From assembly GCA_963514005.1 (NCBI GenBank), contig OY740814.1, positions 17,794,001-17,858,000 on the forward strand: a stretch of 64,000 bases of DNA, written 5' to 3'. The notes under the pieces were generated by a model. It had not been told where the DNA came from. It saw only the letters and a list, made by a program, of their open reading frames with translations, and did not search any database. Made by a program: the position numbers and the translations under genes. Of the stretch, positions 24,869 to 39,184 are shown piece by piece (position 1 is the stretch's first letter; the number at the start of each line of letters is the position of its first letter). This DNA comes from Raja brachyura (taxonomy: Eukaryota).

Positions 24869-26227
24869 TGCCGTCCTTCTTATACCCTCATGGTTGATTT
24901 TGTACTTCAATCAATACTTGCCCACCTGATCCCCAATCTATTGGTTCCTTTAGAGTCACAAAATCTATCTATCTCAACATTGAATGTGTGACACTCTGTG
25001 ACAGAACATTCACAGCTTAGGTGGACGATTCCAGGAGTGAAAATGTTGTCGTTGTGAAGTGTGGAGAGGCACTCGGGTGCAGGGAGAAGTTGGGGGCATA
25101 CCGTGGGTGTCAGCTGGTTGGGACTGAATGATGAATTGTGGAGAAAGCTGCAAACAATGAAAGTCCATCCTCCTACCGTTTTAAGGCATAAGGGATGAGT
25201 TGATTCAGTGCGATTACCAGTGAAATGTAAACACTGGCAAATGAGTCACCAGTCTCCTCCGATCAGCCTGAAGTTGTCGGTGTGGGATTGGGAGGCAAAT
25301 GGGTTTGGTAAAGATGTCTCCTTCCCAGGAACGGGATTGAAATGTTCTGATCTCTAACACAAACAGTCAGAATTGCCATTTTGTGCCTTTGCTGCTCGCC
25401 TCTGCTCTGCAAGTCACTCCTGGCCAACTGTCACTCTTTATAATAAAATCTGTCAAGTTGAACATTTACCACATTTGTGGTTGCAATTTACACTCGCAAT
25501 AAAGCGGAGGCCTAGTTAGCCAGCTGTCAAAGCATTGGCGCGTTGCCATTTGAAATAGCGTGCATCTCCTTTTTAATTCTCATTCCTTTTTAGACCACCC
25601 TGTCTTTGTCCCTCTGGTCAATGCTGGAGGTGGTGGGTCCTTGCTGTGGAATTGGTGGGTGTCTGTGGGGGTGAACTTGACTGTTGATCTGTCTACCTTC
25701 CTGGCGGGGGAGAAGACAAGCATGCCTGACTGGAAGGACCAATTCCTACGACCACTTGTACCATGTTTCCTTCCATCACTTGCAAACCTCCCAGGTCCAC
25801 TCACTGTCTGTCACCAAAGCGGATAAATGTACCAGGTGAACTGAAGTACATGGCCCACATCCCAATGAAGGTTGTGGTTGGTACGTTAATTGGTCACTGT
25901 AAATTGTTCCTTGTGTGTAGGTGAGTGGTGGAATCTGAGGGTTAGAATTGATGGGACGAATGGGATTATTGTAAATGGGTGTTTGATGATTAGTGTGGAC
26001 AAGGTGGTCCAAAGGGTCTATTTTGGTACTGGGTGATTCTGTGGTCATTTTATTAACTTGCATTGTCATTGGGTCTAAACAATTGGAGCTCTCCCACACA
26101 ACCGTACTTTTGACAGTATTTCAAGACACCTGCTCACAATTAGGCTCTCAATGGGGGGGGTTAGCTATGTTATATCCTGAAAATAAATAGTCATTCGTAT
26201 GGCTTGTCATAAGTGGCCTTAAGACAG

Positions 26228-26341
26228 GTAGTCAAAAGTGCTGGAGAAACTCAGCGGGTGCGGCAGCATCTATGGAGCGAAGGAAATAGGCAACGTTTCG
26301 GGCCGAAACCCTTCAGTTTCACAAGCACTTTTGTCTACCTT
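26228..26341 (-). mobile_element. Penelope-like terminal remnant with short inverted end
   Basis: gtagtcaaaagtgct ... agcacttttgtctac; - strand core ctgaagggtttcggcccgaaacgtt lacks 3 nt. Confidence 0.6.
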
Positions 26342-27935
26342 CATTCTCACTACTCCAAGGAGTGGATCTAAAGTGGACAATGAGTGGACTGAGATGAACA
26401 CTCATGCCCCAGCCAAGGTAAATAATATTCCTTTAACACCCTGAGGGCAAATAAGGAACGTTCACTAAAGCCTGTGCGGAGCCAGCAAGGATTGAACGCC
26501 AGCAGGAGAGGAGGGTTGGGAACACAAAATACTCATTGAATGTGGATCACTGCAAAAGCTGAACCCAGTGCAAGTTTAAAAGATAAACAGGAAATGTGGC
26601 AGGAAGCTGATTTAATGAGACCAGGCAGGAACACTGCACCCCATCAGTGAACGAGCGAGTGAGTGAGATCCGAATTCTCATACACTGGCAACATTCTTCA
26701 CCACACTACGACACGTCTTAATTTGAGATTGTGGCTCAAAATTAGAGCCACATCTTCTGACCTAGCCCCCATCTTTAGAACTTCAACCCTTTGGTCTTGA
26801 AACTGGTGACTCATATCAAAAGCAGTTAAGGTTTCTGTTCCTGATTACTGACCCGTGTTAGCAAGTTGATGTTTGGTGCTTGAGTGTAAGTGAACAAGAA
26901 TGTTATGCTCCTGTGACGCTGTGTGTGTGTGTGTGTTACCCCCAACACCAGTCTCCACGAGTCACACGGGGCAGATAGCATTTGGCGGTGTAGTTGTACC
27001 TCCGTGAGAAAGGGAGAGCGATTAAGCGGCAGACTATTGTTCTGGAATTACAGCTTTTATTCTAAAACGAGGATCGCTCTTTTCTGAGAGATTGAATTCT
27101 CCCAGCAAGAACAGCTGTCAGAGCAGCAAAAATGGGTAGCAGCTGTTCAAACTCAATTGTGTATTCAGTGTGTTTGTGTGTCTGTGAATGAGAGAGAGCG
27201 CGTGCATGAGAATGTATGGGAGAAGCCTGCAAATCATGTTGACAGTCTGACCATAAGTTCAGCGCTGAACTTTACAAAAATACCTTGCTGCTGTAGTCTT
27301 TTCCATTGATTTTGCTGTAGAACTCTTGTCACTGCTGTGGCCGCTTTTAATATCTAGGCTTCCCGTGAATGCAATGTGATGTCACATTGCACAGAGCTAC
27401 TCTGTATCGAGAGACACCCGGCTATTAGTAGAACCCTGTTGTCTGGGACCAGCTGACCGTGTCATTGGGAATCAGTGCTGTCCCTGTGTAACACACCTGG
27501 TGATGGCTTTGCTCAGCAGGGCCACTGGCGGAAAGTAATTTGTGCCGAGGAGACCCCATTCAGTGTAATTTTCAGCACCTTGGAGTTCTACTGTGGACAA
27601 GCCCAATGAATGCCCGTGTGCCTACCTTGAATGATCCCAAGTATTAATCACTTGTAATTGACCTTGCTAAGATTGTTAAGTAATATGGAAGAGAACACCT
27701 GGAAGTGGGATGGAAGAATGGGCTCAGTGATTAAAATAGAAATGGAGAGGAGGAGCAGAGGGTCCTCGGTGTGCAGACAACGCAAGAGGATAAGGCAAGC
27801 AGAAGGTTTGGTTGCGATAAAGAATACAAAAGGAGGAAAATATTGTTTGATAGTATTATGTGGGCAGCGAGGCTATAGGATTTGGAATTAATACAGTATT
27901 GTTTTTCTAGGTTGTTACCAATTGTGAGGTTACAC

Positions 27936-28763
27936 CAGGCACGTGCCGTGAGTAATTAGTCAGGGTAGGCAGTGGCTTTTAAAAATCTTGAAAACCGCGC
28001 ATGCGCAGATTATTCTCTCCCCGGTGAGCTGTCAGTCGGCTTTTTAAAACATTTGTGGAAACCGCGCATGCGCGGATTGTTCTCTCGACTTTTATCAAGT
28101 AATTTATCTTCAATAGGTCCTATCTCTTAATAAAGTATTTTAAAACATATAGCTCAAAGAAATTTACATATCATATTATTTGTACACAAAATCCATTCTT
28201 CTCTGTTTCCTGTTGTACCAAGCTGGTTTAAATGTTCTAATTATTTGTGTTCCTTTGCGCTGTTGAAGTTCTTTAAGTTCCAGCTTTGGTCAGCCATTTT
28301 CAATTATTTTGGTCTTTTCTTCGTAAGTTTGCTTCGAGAAACTCTTCAGGTACTCACTATCCATCTTTGAAAAACCCGCCAAGAAACTTGCACATCAGCG
28401 TGCGCAGTAGGATGGTGCGCTTGCGCAGTGCGCAGCGCATGCGCGCAGCCTACGGTGTAAAGGCAGAATTTCAGCTGCCTTTACGGACCGTTGCCACTGA
28501 TGGCTTGGAGCATCGTCGACGGCACGCGAGTAGCACACACCTCCGCGTGTTAAATGTCCTGCGGATGAAAGGCAAAGGAGAATTATTCCTCCCTAAGAGA
28601 TCGATCTCTTAGGGAAGCATAATTCTCCCGTGCCTTTACTATTAATGACTATTTTATATATGTTTTATATATATATATATTTTATATATAAAATAATGAC
28701 CATTTTATAATTTTTGTCAGTTTAGGCACTGCCTCCCTTGCCTATCCTGGCGGCACGTGCCTG
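27936..28763. mobile_element. Non-autonomous hAT-like DNA transposon
   Basis: 13-bp perfect TIR caggcacgtgccg / cggcacgtgcctg; 8-bp TSD ggttacac / gattacac (one mismatch). Confidence 0.8.
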
Positions 28764-29629
28764 GATTACACTTACCATGGAGGGAGTTACAGTACAACTC
28801 AACTCTTGCACGCTTAAGAGTTTAATAACCCAACCTAATTTATTGTTATATGGTACAAATTTTCCAGTCACGTTTTTCATTAAACAGAGCGGGTTGAGAG
28901 GGAGCGGGGGAACCAGGGTCGCGGTGAGTTCAGAGTGAGGGCAGATAGCACCAACTGCCAAGCCAGACGTTGAAACATCGAGATTTCCAAATAGTCAGAC
29001 AGCGGATTATCAGAGTTTTATGGTATCATCTTTCAGGTGAGACAATAATCTGAGATCGCATCAGCTTTCTTGGAAAAGAACTTAAGGCAATATTGTGCAG
29101 AAAACAGGAGAGTTCTTCCAATGCCCCAGTCAATATTTAGCCCTTAGCTAACCTCACTAAAACAGATAACCTTGTCAGTGATTTCAATGATGCACCTGAG
29201 ATATGCTCAAATTGGCATGTGCGTTTAAAACCTTTTGAATGAACCTCTATCTGTACAGCTGATGAGGAGGTGAGAGACCTGAGTTCCAAAAGGTTAATGG
29301 CTGATCATTTGCAGTGAGAGCAGACATGAAAAGATAATCAAAGAAATGAAGAGAACAAGAGGTCTGAAACGTTGGCATTTTCAGAAACCGTTGTTCCAGG
29401 AGAGTCCAGTAAATAATGGGATCTGAGAATCTTTGGACTAAGAAAGGTGATCAATGGATGTTTAGGAAGATTTCACTAGGTTACCATGTGGATGCATAGA
29501 GCAATGCCAATTTGCTGGGCTGAAAAGTCACTGCAATATGAATGTAGAAGGTGAGGCTTTGAAAATTCAAACGTTTTAGCTTACGGACCTACTCCTCCCT
29601 CGCATCCAAAACCCCAAAACAACAACATG

Positions 29630-30110
29630 AACTGGAAAGAGTGCAGGGAAGATTTGCGAGGACAATGCCCCGAGCTATAGGGAGAGTTTGTCCAGGCTAG
29701 AACTTTCCTCCTTGGAGCGACGGAAGCTGAGGGGTGATCTAAGGTGTATAAAAGCATGAGGGGAATAGATAAGGTGAATGGACAGAGCTTTTAACCCAGA
29801 CCAAGGGAATCCACAACCACAGTACATAGGTTTAAGGTGAGAGGGGAAAGATTTAATAGGAACCTGAGAGGCAACTTTTTCACACAGAGGGCGGTAGGAA
29901 CATGGAACAAGGTGCCAGAGGAGATAGTTGAGGCGGGTACTATAACAACATTTAAAAGGCATTTGGACAGGTACATGGATAGGAAAGGATTAGAAGAATA
30001 AGGGGCATACACAAGCAGGTGGGACTAGCGTAGATGGGGCATCTTGGTTATCCTGGGCAAGTTTGACGGAAGGGCCTGTATAACTCTTGATTCCGTGCTG
30101 CATAACTCTG
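29630..30110 (+). mobile_element. HER1/CR1 LINE 3' fragment
   Basis: tccttggagcgacggaagctgaggggtgatct...tggaacaaggtgccagaggagatagttgagg. Confidence 0.8.
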
Positions 30111-30124
30111 ACTCAATAAAATAC

Positions 30125-30530
30125 CTTTATTTCCACGACACCAAATCTTCTGTTTCTCAGTGTTTTCCAAAGTGCTTTACAACTGATGAAGATTTGTAAT
30201 GGGGGAGGGGGGGGGGGGGAGGGGAATCAGCAGTGTTTAAGTAGACCAAATTCTCAGAAATAGCAATGTGATAATCAGATAATTGTATACAGTCATGTTG
30301 TGGGAAGGTTAAGTGCTGGTCAGGACATTGGGGAGTACTCCCTGCTTCAAACAGTGCCATGAGCTCATCCATCCCAGAACCTGGGTTTAACGGCACTTGT
30401 GAGAGACCAACCAGCACTCCCTCTCTTGCTGGAGTGCCGGCCGAGACTTCAGACTTGAGTTTTCCAAATGAGATTTGAAACCATTATCTTTTGATTCTGA
30501 GGTGAAAGGTGATTCATTCTGCCACAGCCC
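30125..30530 (-). mobile_element. Ancient Deu-domain SINE (SacSINE1-like), degenerate
   Basis: aaagtgctttacaac...tggtcaggacattgggagtactccctgcttcaaacagtgccatg...gtttaac resembles a reverse DeuSINE; family name from recall. Confidence 0.45.
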
Positions 30531-30799
30531 AGAAACAATTTAGGTGTTAACTTGTATGTGGAAGGATAGCATTGGTCAAAACGGCAAATTTGGATAATTT
30601 GGAAATCTGAAACAGAACAGAATATGTTGGAAGCACGCAGAGGGCCAGGCAGCATCTGTGAAGAGAAGAACAGTGTTAACATTTTGTCAGTCCATTGGTC
30701 AGTAAGAGAGTAAAAGGTTGTTCAAGTGATGGAGGGAGGGGTATGGTGGATAGGACATTGGAAATATCAATGCTTGGGTGAGGCCGTCATACAGTGTAG

Positions 30800-31144
<345 letters not shown>

Positions 31145-32634
31145 TGATAAATGCATATTGGTAATGATTTATTCCAGTGCTTTCCTGGTTAATCTCCACC
31201 TCCCAGCTGATTCTACACTTAGTGACTCAATCCTGAGCTGCAAAATAGCACAATTTTACTCATTAATCAACATACACTACATGAGAATTAAGATTCTTAA
31301 GTTTATGTCCTTGCTCCTCTTGATTACTTTAACAACCTCCAACATTTCCTGGGCCCCCACTATTTATTCTCTTGATCATTCCTAGTTTCCATCACATCAG
31401 TACCAATCCCCCCCCCCCCCCCCCCCCCAGCTCCAGAAGCCACTTCTCTAATCCTGGAAAACATACTTTGAAAGCTACTCGCTGATCAATGTGACATTGC
31501 CTCTGAGGCACTAGCTTTATACAAATGCAAGTTCATTTTAATATCTTCCATTAATCCTTAACTACCCTCTGAAGTAGCCTAGCAAACCTCTCAACCAGAT
31601 CAGATTGCTTGCAATGATTTACCATGGTGCACTATGGCATTAAACAGCAACCAAGATGGGCAGTGGGTGCCAGCCTTGCCACCAATGTGCACATATATCC
31701 CTGGAATGAACGACAAACTAAATCCCCCTATAACTGGTGTTCTGGCCAGTGTTCCTCCTTCGGTAACCAAGGTTACCAAAAACCAAATCAACTGGGTAAA
31801 TACAAACCTCGACTATCTAATTGTTGATGTGTTATTTGGATAAACTGAATTTCATTGACCTATCTCTTTCTGATTTAAAAAGAAAAGATGGGGGAATAAA
31901 TATTCTTTCAAGTATTTGACAGACACTTCTTCGTGCTTCAGTTTAAACTGGTGCCAGTGTTATATGGAGACATTCTGGGATGAAATAGTTGTGCCGAACC
32001 TCTGGTATGTTGACATGGCTGGGGAGGAGAGAATTATTGAAGTGTCTCTTACTTTGCAATGCTATACTGTAGCAGGATGTAACTAAAAGATGCCGGTGCA
32101 CATTTTTTCTTAATCATGGGATATGGATGTCATTGGCAAGGCCAGCATTTATTGTCCATCCTTATTTATCCTCAAGCTGTATATTTCCCTAAAGGGAATA
32201 ATGTACCAGGTGGGTTTTCACAACAGTCCAGTAGTTGCATGGTTGCAATTACTGATTTCAGATATATTTAATTGGAAATTGCTTCTGGGATTGTGGTGGG
32301 ATTTGAATTTGTGTATCCAAACCTTACTTTTGGCCTCTGGGTTGCTGAAACAGTAACAAAACCATTATGCCACTATTTCATCCTATATGTTCCTGTGGCA
32401 AAAGTATATTGAAGATGCTTCCTCACTGAGTGTACTTTTACTGGAAATGACACACACGTCAGCCATGAGGGTTTTGAGCCAAGGTTTATTCCTTTGATAC
32501 AAGTGACAGTCTCAGCCACAGGGCATGACAGCTATCTGATAATTGATCAGTCTTTTAACATATTTTGTATGGAAGTTGGCATGATTGTGCAAGCATTATC
32601 ACTCTAAGTTACTAAAACACGCCCTGAAGATATG

Positions 32635-32765
32635 TAGGAAGGAATTGCAGATGCTGGTTTACACTGAAGAATAGACACAAAATACTGGAGTAACTCAGCA
32701 TGTCAGGCAGCTTTTCTGGAGAAAAAGAATAGGTGATGTTTTGGGTCGAGGCCCTTCTTCAGACA
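32635..32765 (-). mobile_element. Penelope-like terminal remnant (hammerhead GAAA changed to AAAA)
   Basis: - strand gtctgaagaagggcctcgacccaaaacatcacc. Confidence 0.65.
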
Positions 32766-33275
32766 GGTCTTGAAGATAGTTGATATTTCTGCTGCTCTCA
32801 AGTCTGTCAGTATCACTCACATAAATGTTACTCTAGTCCATACGTTGGGTTCCTCGCTGTGGGTGTTGTGCATTACAAAGTGTAGTCTGTTCGGCAGACT
32901 ACCAACAAGCACTGAGATGCTGAGCCTGTTTCAAATGTATAATTTGTTCACATTGAAGGTCAGTTTCAAGATCCTGGTATGTTGCGTTGAGCTTGTTCTG
33001 GTCAATGATGTTGTGTCTGCTTGTGAGGACATGTTTCGTGACGGTGCATCATGATTTATAGTTTATTTTTACACTTGCAGATAAAGTGTTTTTGCATTAT
33101 CTTATTCACATTTTTGTGCCTTTCAAATGCTTCAATATCAATGTTCTCTGTTGTATACTGAATGGGTAAATCATGTGATGTTTTAATAACTCCGGGTTCT
33201 TATATGGACACTGTTTTGTATGGAGCAATGTTGTAAAAGCCCTGTCTTTAATTTGGTAGTGATTTTGACTGGTGA

Positions 33276-33500
<225 letters not shown>

Positions 33501-34009
33501 TAGGGACTGGGTGGGAGAGGAATAGAAGTGGTGCAGTGAGGTATAGGAGAAAGAAGAGTTCTTTCTGTCCGAAATATTTCCCACTCCCCTTTCATTTCTT
33601 GCACAGTATTATGTGACCAGAGATGTTCCTTTCAACTTTCAGTGAGGCTTATTGCACCAGGTCCCAATGTGACCTGTGTTCTTTGAGAAAGGTGCCACCA
33701 CTGAGAGACCAAAGGAGCCAATCCTTGACTAACAAGGTTGAATAATCAGCACAAAATTTCAAGGACCGAACACATCTCTTGAATCTGTGATGACATTTAC
33801 TCCATAACATTTTGGCTTTCTGGTTTCTGATACTCACCAATGGATACTTCCAAATGTGAACAGTTGTAAGGCAGCTTTTGTGGTTTTGACATTGATTAAT
33901 GAACTCATGTTACTGAGTCTGCATTTCAATGAAGATTATAAGCAGAATTGTGTAACTGGATCAAGCATTTTGGACAATTTAAATGGATAGATATAGATTA
34001 AGGAGCTGA

Positions 34010-34273
<264 letters not shown>

Positions 34274-35324
34274 TGAGCGTGGTACATTATGTGTTTGTGG
34301 TCACATTGACACAATGGAAGCACAAAGTGCTCAATCACTAAAGTAGGTGGCGTGATCACTCTCCAGAGTCTGCCAGATCCCTCTTCAGGGAGCTAGCTCA
34401 CTGCTCAGATGGCTACCTGAACTGTGTGTGATTATTTCATGGAATTTATGCTCATTGGGCCTGTAGCAGTTGGCTCTGCACGTGGGCTCTAATGTGATTA
34501 ACAGACTTTCTACAGCTAGTGCTGCATTCATGTTGTGCTAGTGACTGCTGCATAGACTGTACCAATACAAACTCACTCGATCCATTGGTATTATACAGAA
34601 TGTGTCCAAAACTGATTAATCTATACAGAAGAGAGAGATAGATAGATATATACACACACTGTTAAAGTAAATTGATCAGAACATTGACCTAATGGAAAAC
34701 AGTGTGCATGTGAGACGGCAGCCAAGCTGCTCAGTTACATTGTAAGATGCAAAGTTTCTCACCCTTCTTCAAAATTAATGTAGTATTTTGAGATAAAGGG
34801 GAATGCTTCTGCTAAATTGCACTGTGCAAATCTTGAATGGCAAAGTCTCTAAATTATCTTGCTAATTCAAGATATATTTTCTTTTGCACATTTGCATTTA
34901 GCAGGCAGGAGGGACAGCAGCAGCACTGATCTGCCTCTGATTAGAAGCTCCACCACCCTCCAGATCCACCAGATGTTTAAAGGCTTTGCTGGTTCTTCCC
35001 ACATGCAAGTATCAGCCAAAACTCCAAAATGTTGGCTCCAATCCAGCTAGATAATCACATCCAGATGCTAAACGCACGCAGAAACACATATACAGACAGG
35101 GGGGAAAAAAATCAATGCTGCCCTCAAGCCACTCGTGAACAATACAAGTTAAGGCTGAGAAGGTGGGAGGGGATTGTGATTGAGTCAGTAAGAAGAGAGG
35201 ACCATTAATTATCAAGAAATAGATAAATACTCCTCAGCGGGTGGCGTGCTAGTCCTGTGACAACCTTGGGCACTTACTGAAAAGAGAGCTGACCTAGTTC
35301 TACCATCCTTTCAAACAAAGCTTT

Positions 35325-35640
35325 TGACTCTATTGGTAGCATTCTCATTCCTGTGTAAGCAGGCTGAGAGTTCAAGTCCCACTCCAGGACACCAAAATCA
35401 AGACTGAGTGCAGTGTTGAAAGGCTGCTGTGTGAACAGGGTTTCAGTCTCTAACTGAGACATTACATTCACACGAGAGCACTAATGACACCTTAGTTCAA
35501 ATGATTCTGTTGTAGTACTTTTGAGAGCAGGAACGTTAGTTATCCCCAGTGAGTTGCCCAATATTTAATCCATCTAGCAACATTGCCTAAACCAGAGCAA
35601 TTGATCATTATCCTTATGCTGCTTATGGAATAGTCTGAAA
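35325..35640 (+). mobile_element. Ancient tRNA-derived Deu-type SINE, degenerate
   Basis: ggtagcattctc...gagttcaagtcccactccag (B-box) ...gagcagg...tccccagtg..gcccaatattt. Confidence 0.45.
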
Positions 35641-36963
35641 CGGATGCTAAATGTGTTGTAGAGATGCAAGTCATTCTATTTCAGGTTAAATGTGTCATTT
35701 CTGTAGAAAGTGCTGGAAGAATTCAAATGGGTCTGTCCGAGGGGCTAACATGAAACATTCTACTTCTTTCCACAGATGCTGCCTAACATGCCACGTGCTT
35801 TACAGCATTTTGTTTTCATTTCAGATTTCCAGCATCTGTCTTTTTGAGTTTCATTTTTTGTACTTGAGTTTTTTGCTTCCTCTTAAAGAAAATATAAATC
35901 AATCTATCCAGTGAGACTCTTGTTTAAAATATAACACTAACCCTCTTTTTATACAAAAAAAAACAGCCATTGCCTGAAGCACCATCTGTGACCACTTCCA
36001 GCCTCCATTTCCCCATCCTTTAAATTTATCCACCACTTCCTTTGAAAGACTTTTCATTACACTATTTGTTGGCTGAGGATTGCATAGAAACGGTGCAAAG
36101 CTCAGTACAACGTGCCGAGCTCTCCACGTTCCAATAAGTGCATAACTTTAGTCTGTAGAAATGTCTCATTCTGTGGAGAAACAAGTTTCATTGGTGGGAT
36201 GTGGCATTTATTGTGAAGCTATATGGCTCTGATCCGGAGAGACTGTTGGTGTTGGACTGGCAGCCATGTTGCTGTGTCTGGAATGGCATGCACCGTGCTC
36301 TTATTCCACAATAACCACTGACTTTGACCCTGTTTCACAGCTCCCTTTTGCCTTGACATAGTGTTCATTTGTATTGCTGCTACTTAGTTTGTAGTTAATG
36401 TGGTTTACAGGGCCCTGGTCTACTATTGAATGAGATCATCAATTTCCACGGTCCGTGTGTGCTTAGCAATGCTTCCTAACTGCAATCCAGAAAGACTTGA
36501 CTTTAGTTTTGAGTCAATGCCACATGGTCCTCAATTTTCTGACCAATTAAAAAAAAAATCCTAACTGCCCTTCATATTTTGAAAACGCAACTCCAATTAT
36601 CGTTTTTCATTCAAATTTCAGGGAATACAACTGTGGTCTGTAAAATTCACCTGTTTGAGACCTGGTATCGCTGTACATACACTTTGTACAAGGCCAAAAT
36701 ATCTTAACTGTTGTCCTCCTGGTAGTTATGCATATTTAAAATAGGGATCTCTTTGGCAATGCATTGAAAACCTGACCCAAGCATGACTCTACCAAGGTAA
36801 AACGGCAACTGATACAAGCCTGAGGCCTAGTTTTCTTGATATCCGATCCTGACCCATATAGACGGGTCTAAGCGGGGAACCAATACAAATTTCACTTTTA
36901 ATGAAAGTGACTTCTCGTTGAATGAGATGTTATCAATGTGTTTATTGTCCTTACTGGGAATGA

Positions 36964-37230
<267 letters not shown>

Positions 37231-39023
37231 AAGATTGGTTTCAGCTCAGGGAAGACAGCTACCAAATTTTATGGGCCTGGCTGTATCAGATAATTTATAG
37301 AAAAATGAAACAGAAGTTGCTGCATGGTGCCCAGAACTGGTCATTTCTTCTGCATCAATATCAGGTACCATCATTGCCACTTCCCCACCATAACTTTCAG
37401 CACTTTCCGTGGCATTGCTGTTGAGAAAAAAAATTGCAAGGGCAAATGCAAAAAGGACATCAATTTTCAATCTCATTTACTCGTGGAGGGAAAGGATCTC
37501 TCATTTGAACAATGGCAAATTGTTCTTCCCAGTACAAGCCGGGCCATTTTATATTATTTGACTTTGCCATGTCCTATTTCCAAGCAACGACTATTAATTC
37601 TAGTTGTACAGAACTTGCTCACCAGTTTCTATTCTTCGAGAGGCCTCATGAATATTTTGATGGTCAAGCCTGAAACGGCAAAGACCATGGCACTCGGAGA
37701 ACTTTGTTTCACTCAAGTGGGAAGCTAAAAGGTCCTTCCACAGTTTTCTTGCAATATGTGGTGGTTTTGAACTCTAAGTGGTCCATCTGCCACACTCCTG
37801 TATCACGTCACAAACTGTTGGAGGATGACAAGAGGTACCCAACAATCGGTGTGCAGGGAGTTGTGATTTCTATTGTCAATGTTTCCTTCCTACTATTATT
37901 TCCACTAGTATAAGGGATGGTCAATTTGCACGCTACCCCTCCTGCTCTTTACACTCTTTTCTAGTCAGAGTTGAAACAGATTACAAGCACTTGGTTATCA
38001 TAGCTAGGAGCTGTTCTTTTTGAACAATAGATCTACATTGAGAACGCTAAGAAACGCCATTGTATTTTTTTCTAGATATAGGCGCTATATAAATCAGAGT
38101 TGTAGACGTGTGAATGTGGCAAATACTAGGGTAGTTAAGCCCATTTTAAATTATGCCCTCCCTTGCCCTGGGGGCCTGTGACACCATTTTCTACAACTCC
38201 CACATCTTGGGCAAGGTACTGAATGCAGCTGGTATCTGTGGAACTGTACCCTAGCAATTGTATAATAAAGGGAGCATTTATTTACCCTAGTTTCTTAACT
38301 TGCTGCCTTTACAGTAACAGCTGTTAGTTTTTTTTGTGAAGGGGTCCAACTTAAATTTCCAACACAAGCTATGTTTCTATTGCTGGACACATTGAGACTT
38401 TGGCTGAACTGTAACAATTAAAAGTAGTAAAGTATTGCTCTTGATTTACCCCACGTGGATAAACATTGTATCAGTGCTGTGGTGTTTTCCTTGATAACAG
38501 ATCAATTTTATGAGAACAATTAGCTGAACTGGAACTAAAAGGTGGTCTAGATTATGATTTTTTTTTTTCCCCCTCCATTTTAATCATTGAATTTATCACG
38601 CTTGCTATGTCCTACGTGAATGTTCACAAAGTAATGCTGGAACAACAATGCATTTTTTCCCCTGCTGATTCTAAATAGAATGAACACTGGTATATGTCTG
38701 TCAAAATCTGAAGCCAACAAAACAGGTTAATATTAAGGGCAAATATACTACATCTAAACTATATTTAGTGCATTTGCCGTTTCCCTTTCAAACCTGTCTC
38801 CTATTTTGTAATGAATGTGCTGGTCATAGCTCAACTTAAACAACGTATCTTTAAAATTATAATAGCCCATTTCTATTTTGTGGATAGATGATTACCTATT
38901 GCTATTTACTATTACATCCAGCAGTTCTGCAGCTGTTCACAATTTAACAAGCTGAAATAGTTAATTAAAACTGTTTCCTGTATCAATGCAGCCTGGAATC
39001 TGCAGAGCTTTGTAAATCACTAA

Positions 39024-39184
39024 AGGGCCTGTCCCACTTACGCAATTTTTTTCGGCGACTGCTGGCACCCGTCATAGGTCGCCTAAAATTTTCAAAATAT
39101 TGAAAATCCAGCGGCAACCAGAAAAAGGTACGACTACTCCTGACCATACAGGCGTCACCCAGTCATGTCAGTGGGACAGGCCCT
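39024..39184. mobile_element. PIF/Harbinger-like MITE
   Basis: TIR agggcctgtcccact / agtgggacaggccct; TAA target duplication. Confidence 0.8.

Noticed and set aside
28286-28612. CpG-rich stretch and 108-aa ORF as a nested gene or CpG-island promoter
   Set aside because: It lies within TIR/TSD-bounded hAT DNA and encodes no recognisable protein.
31407-31428. Long poly-C and poly-G runs (also ~30200, ~52375, ~60450, ~63395)
   Set aside because: Simple homopolymers with unreliable length and no supported function.
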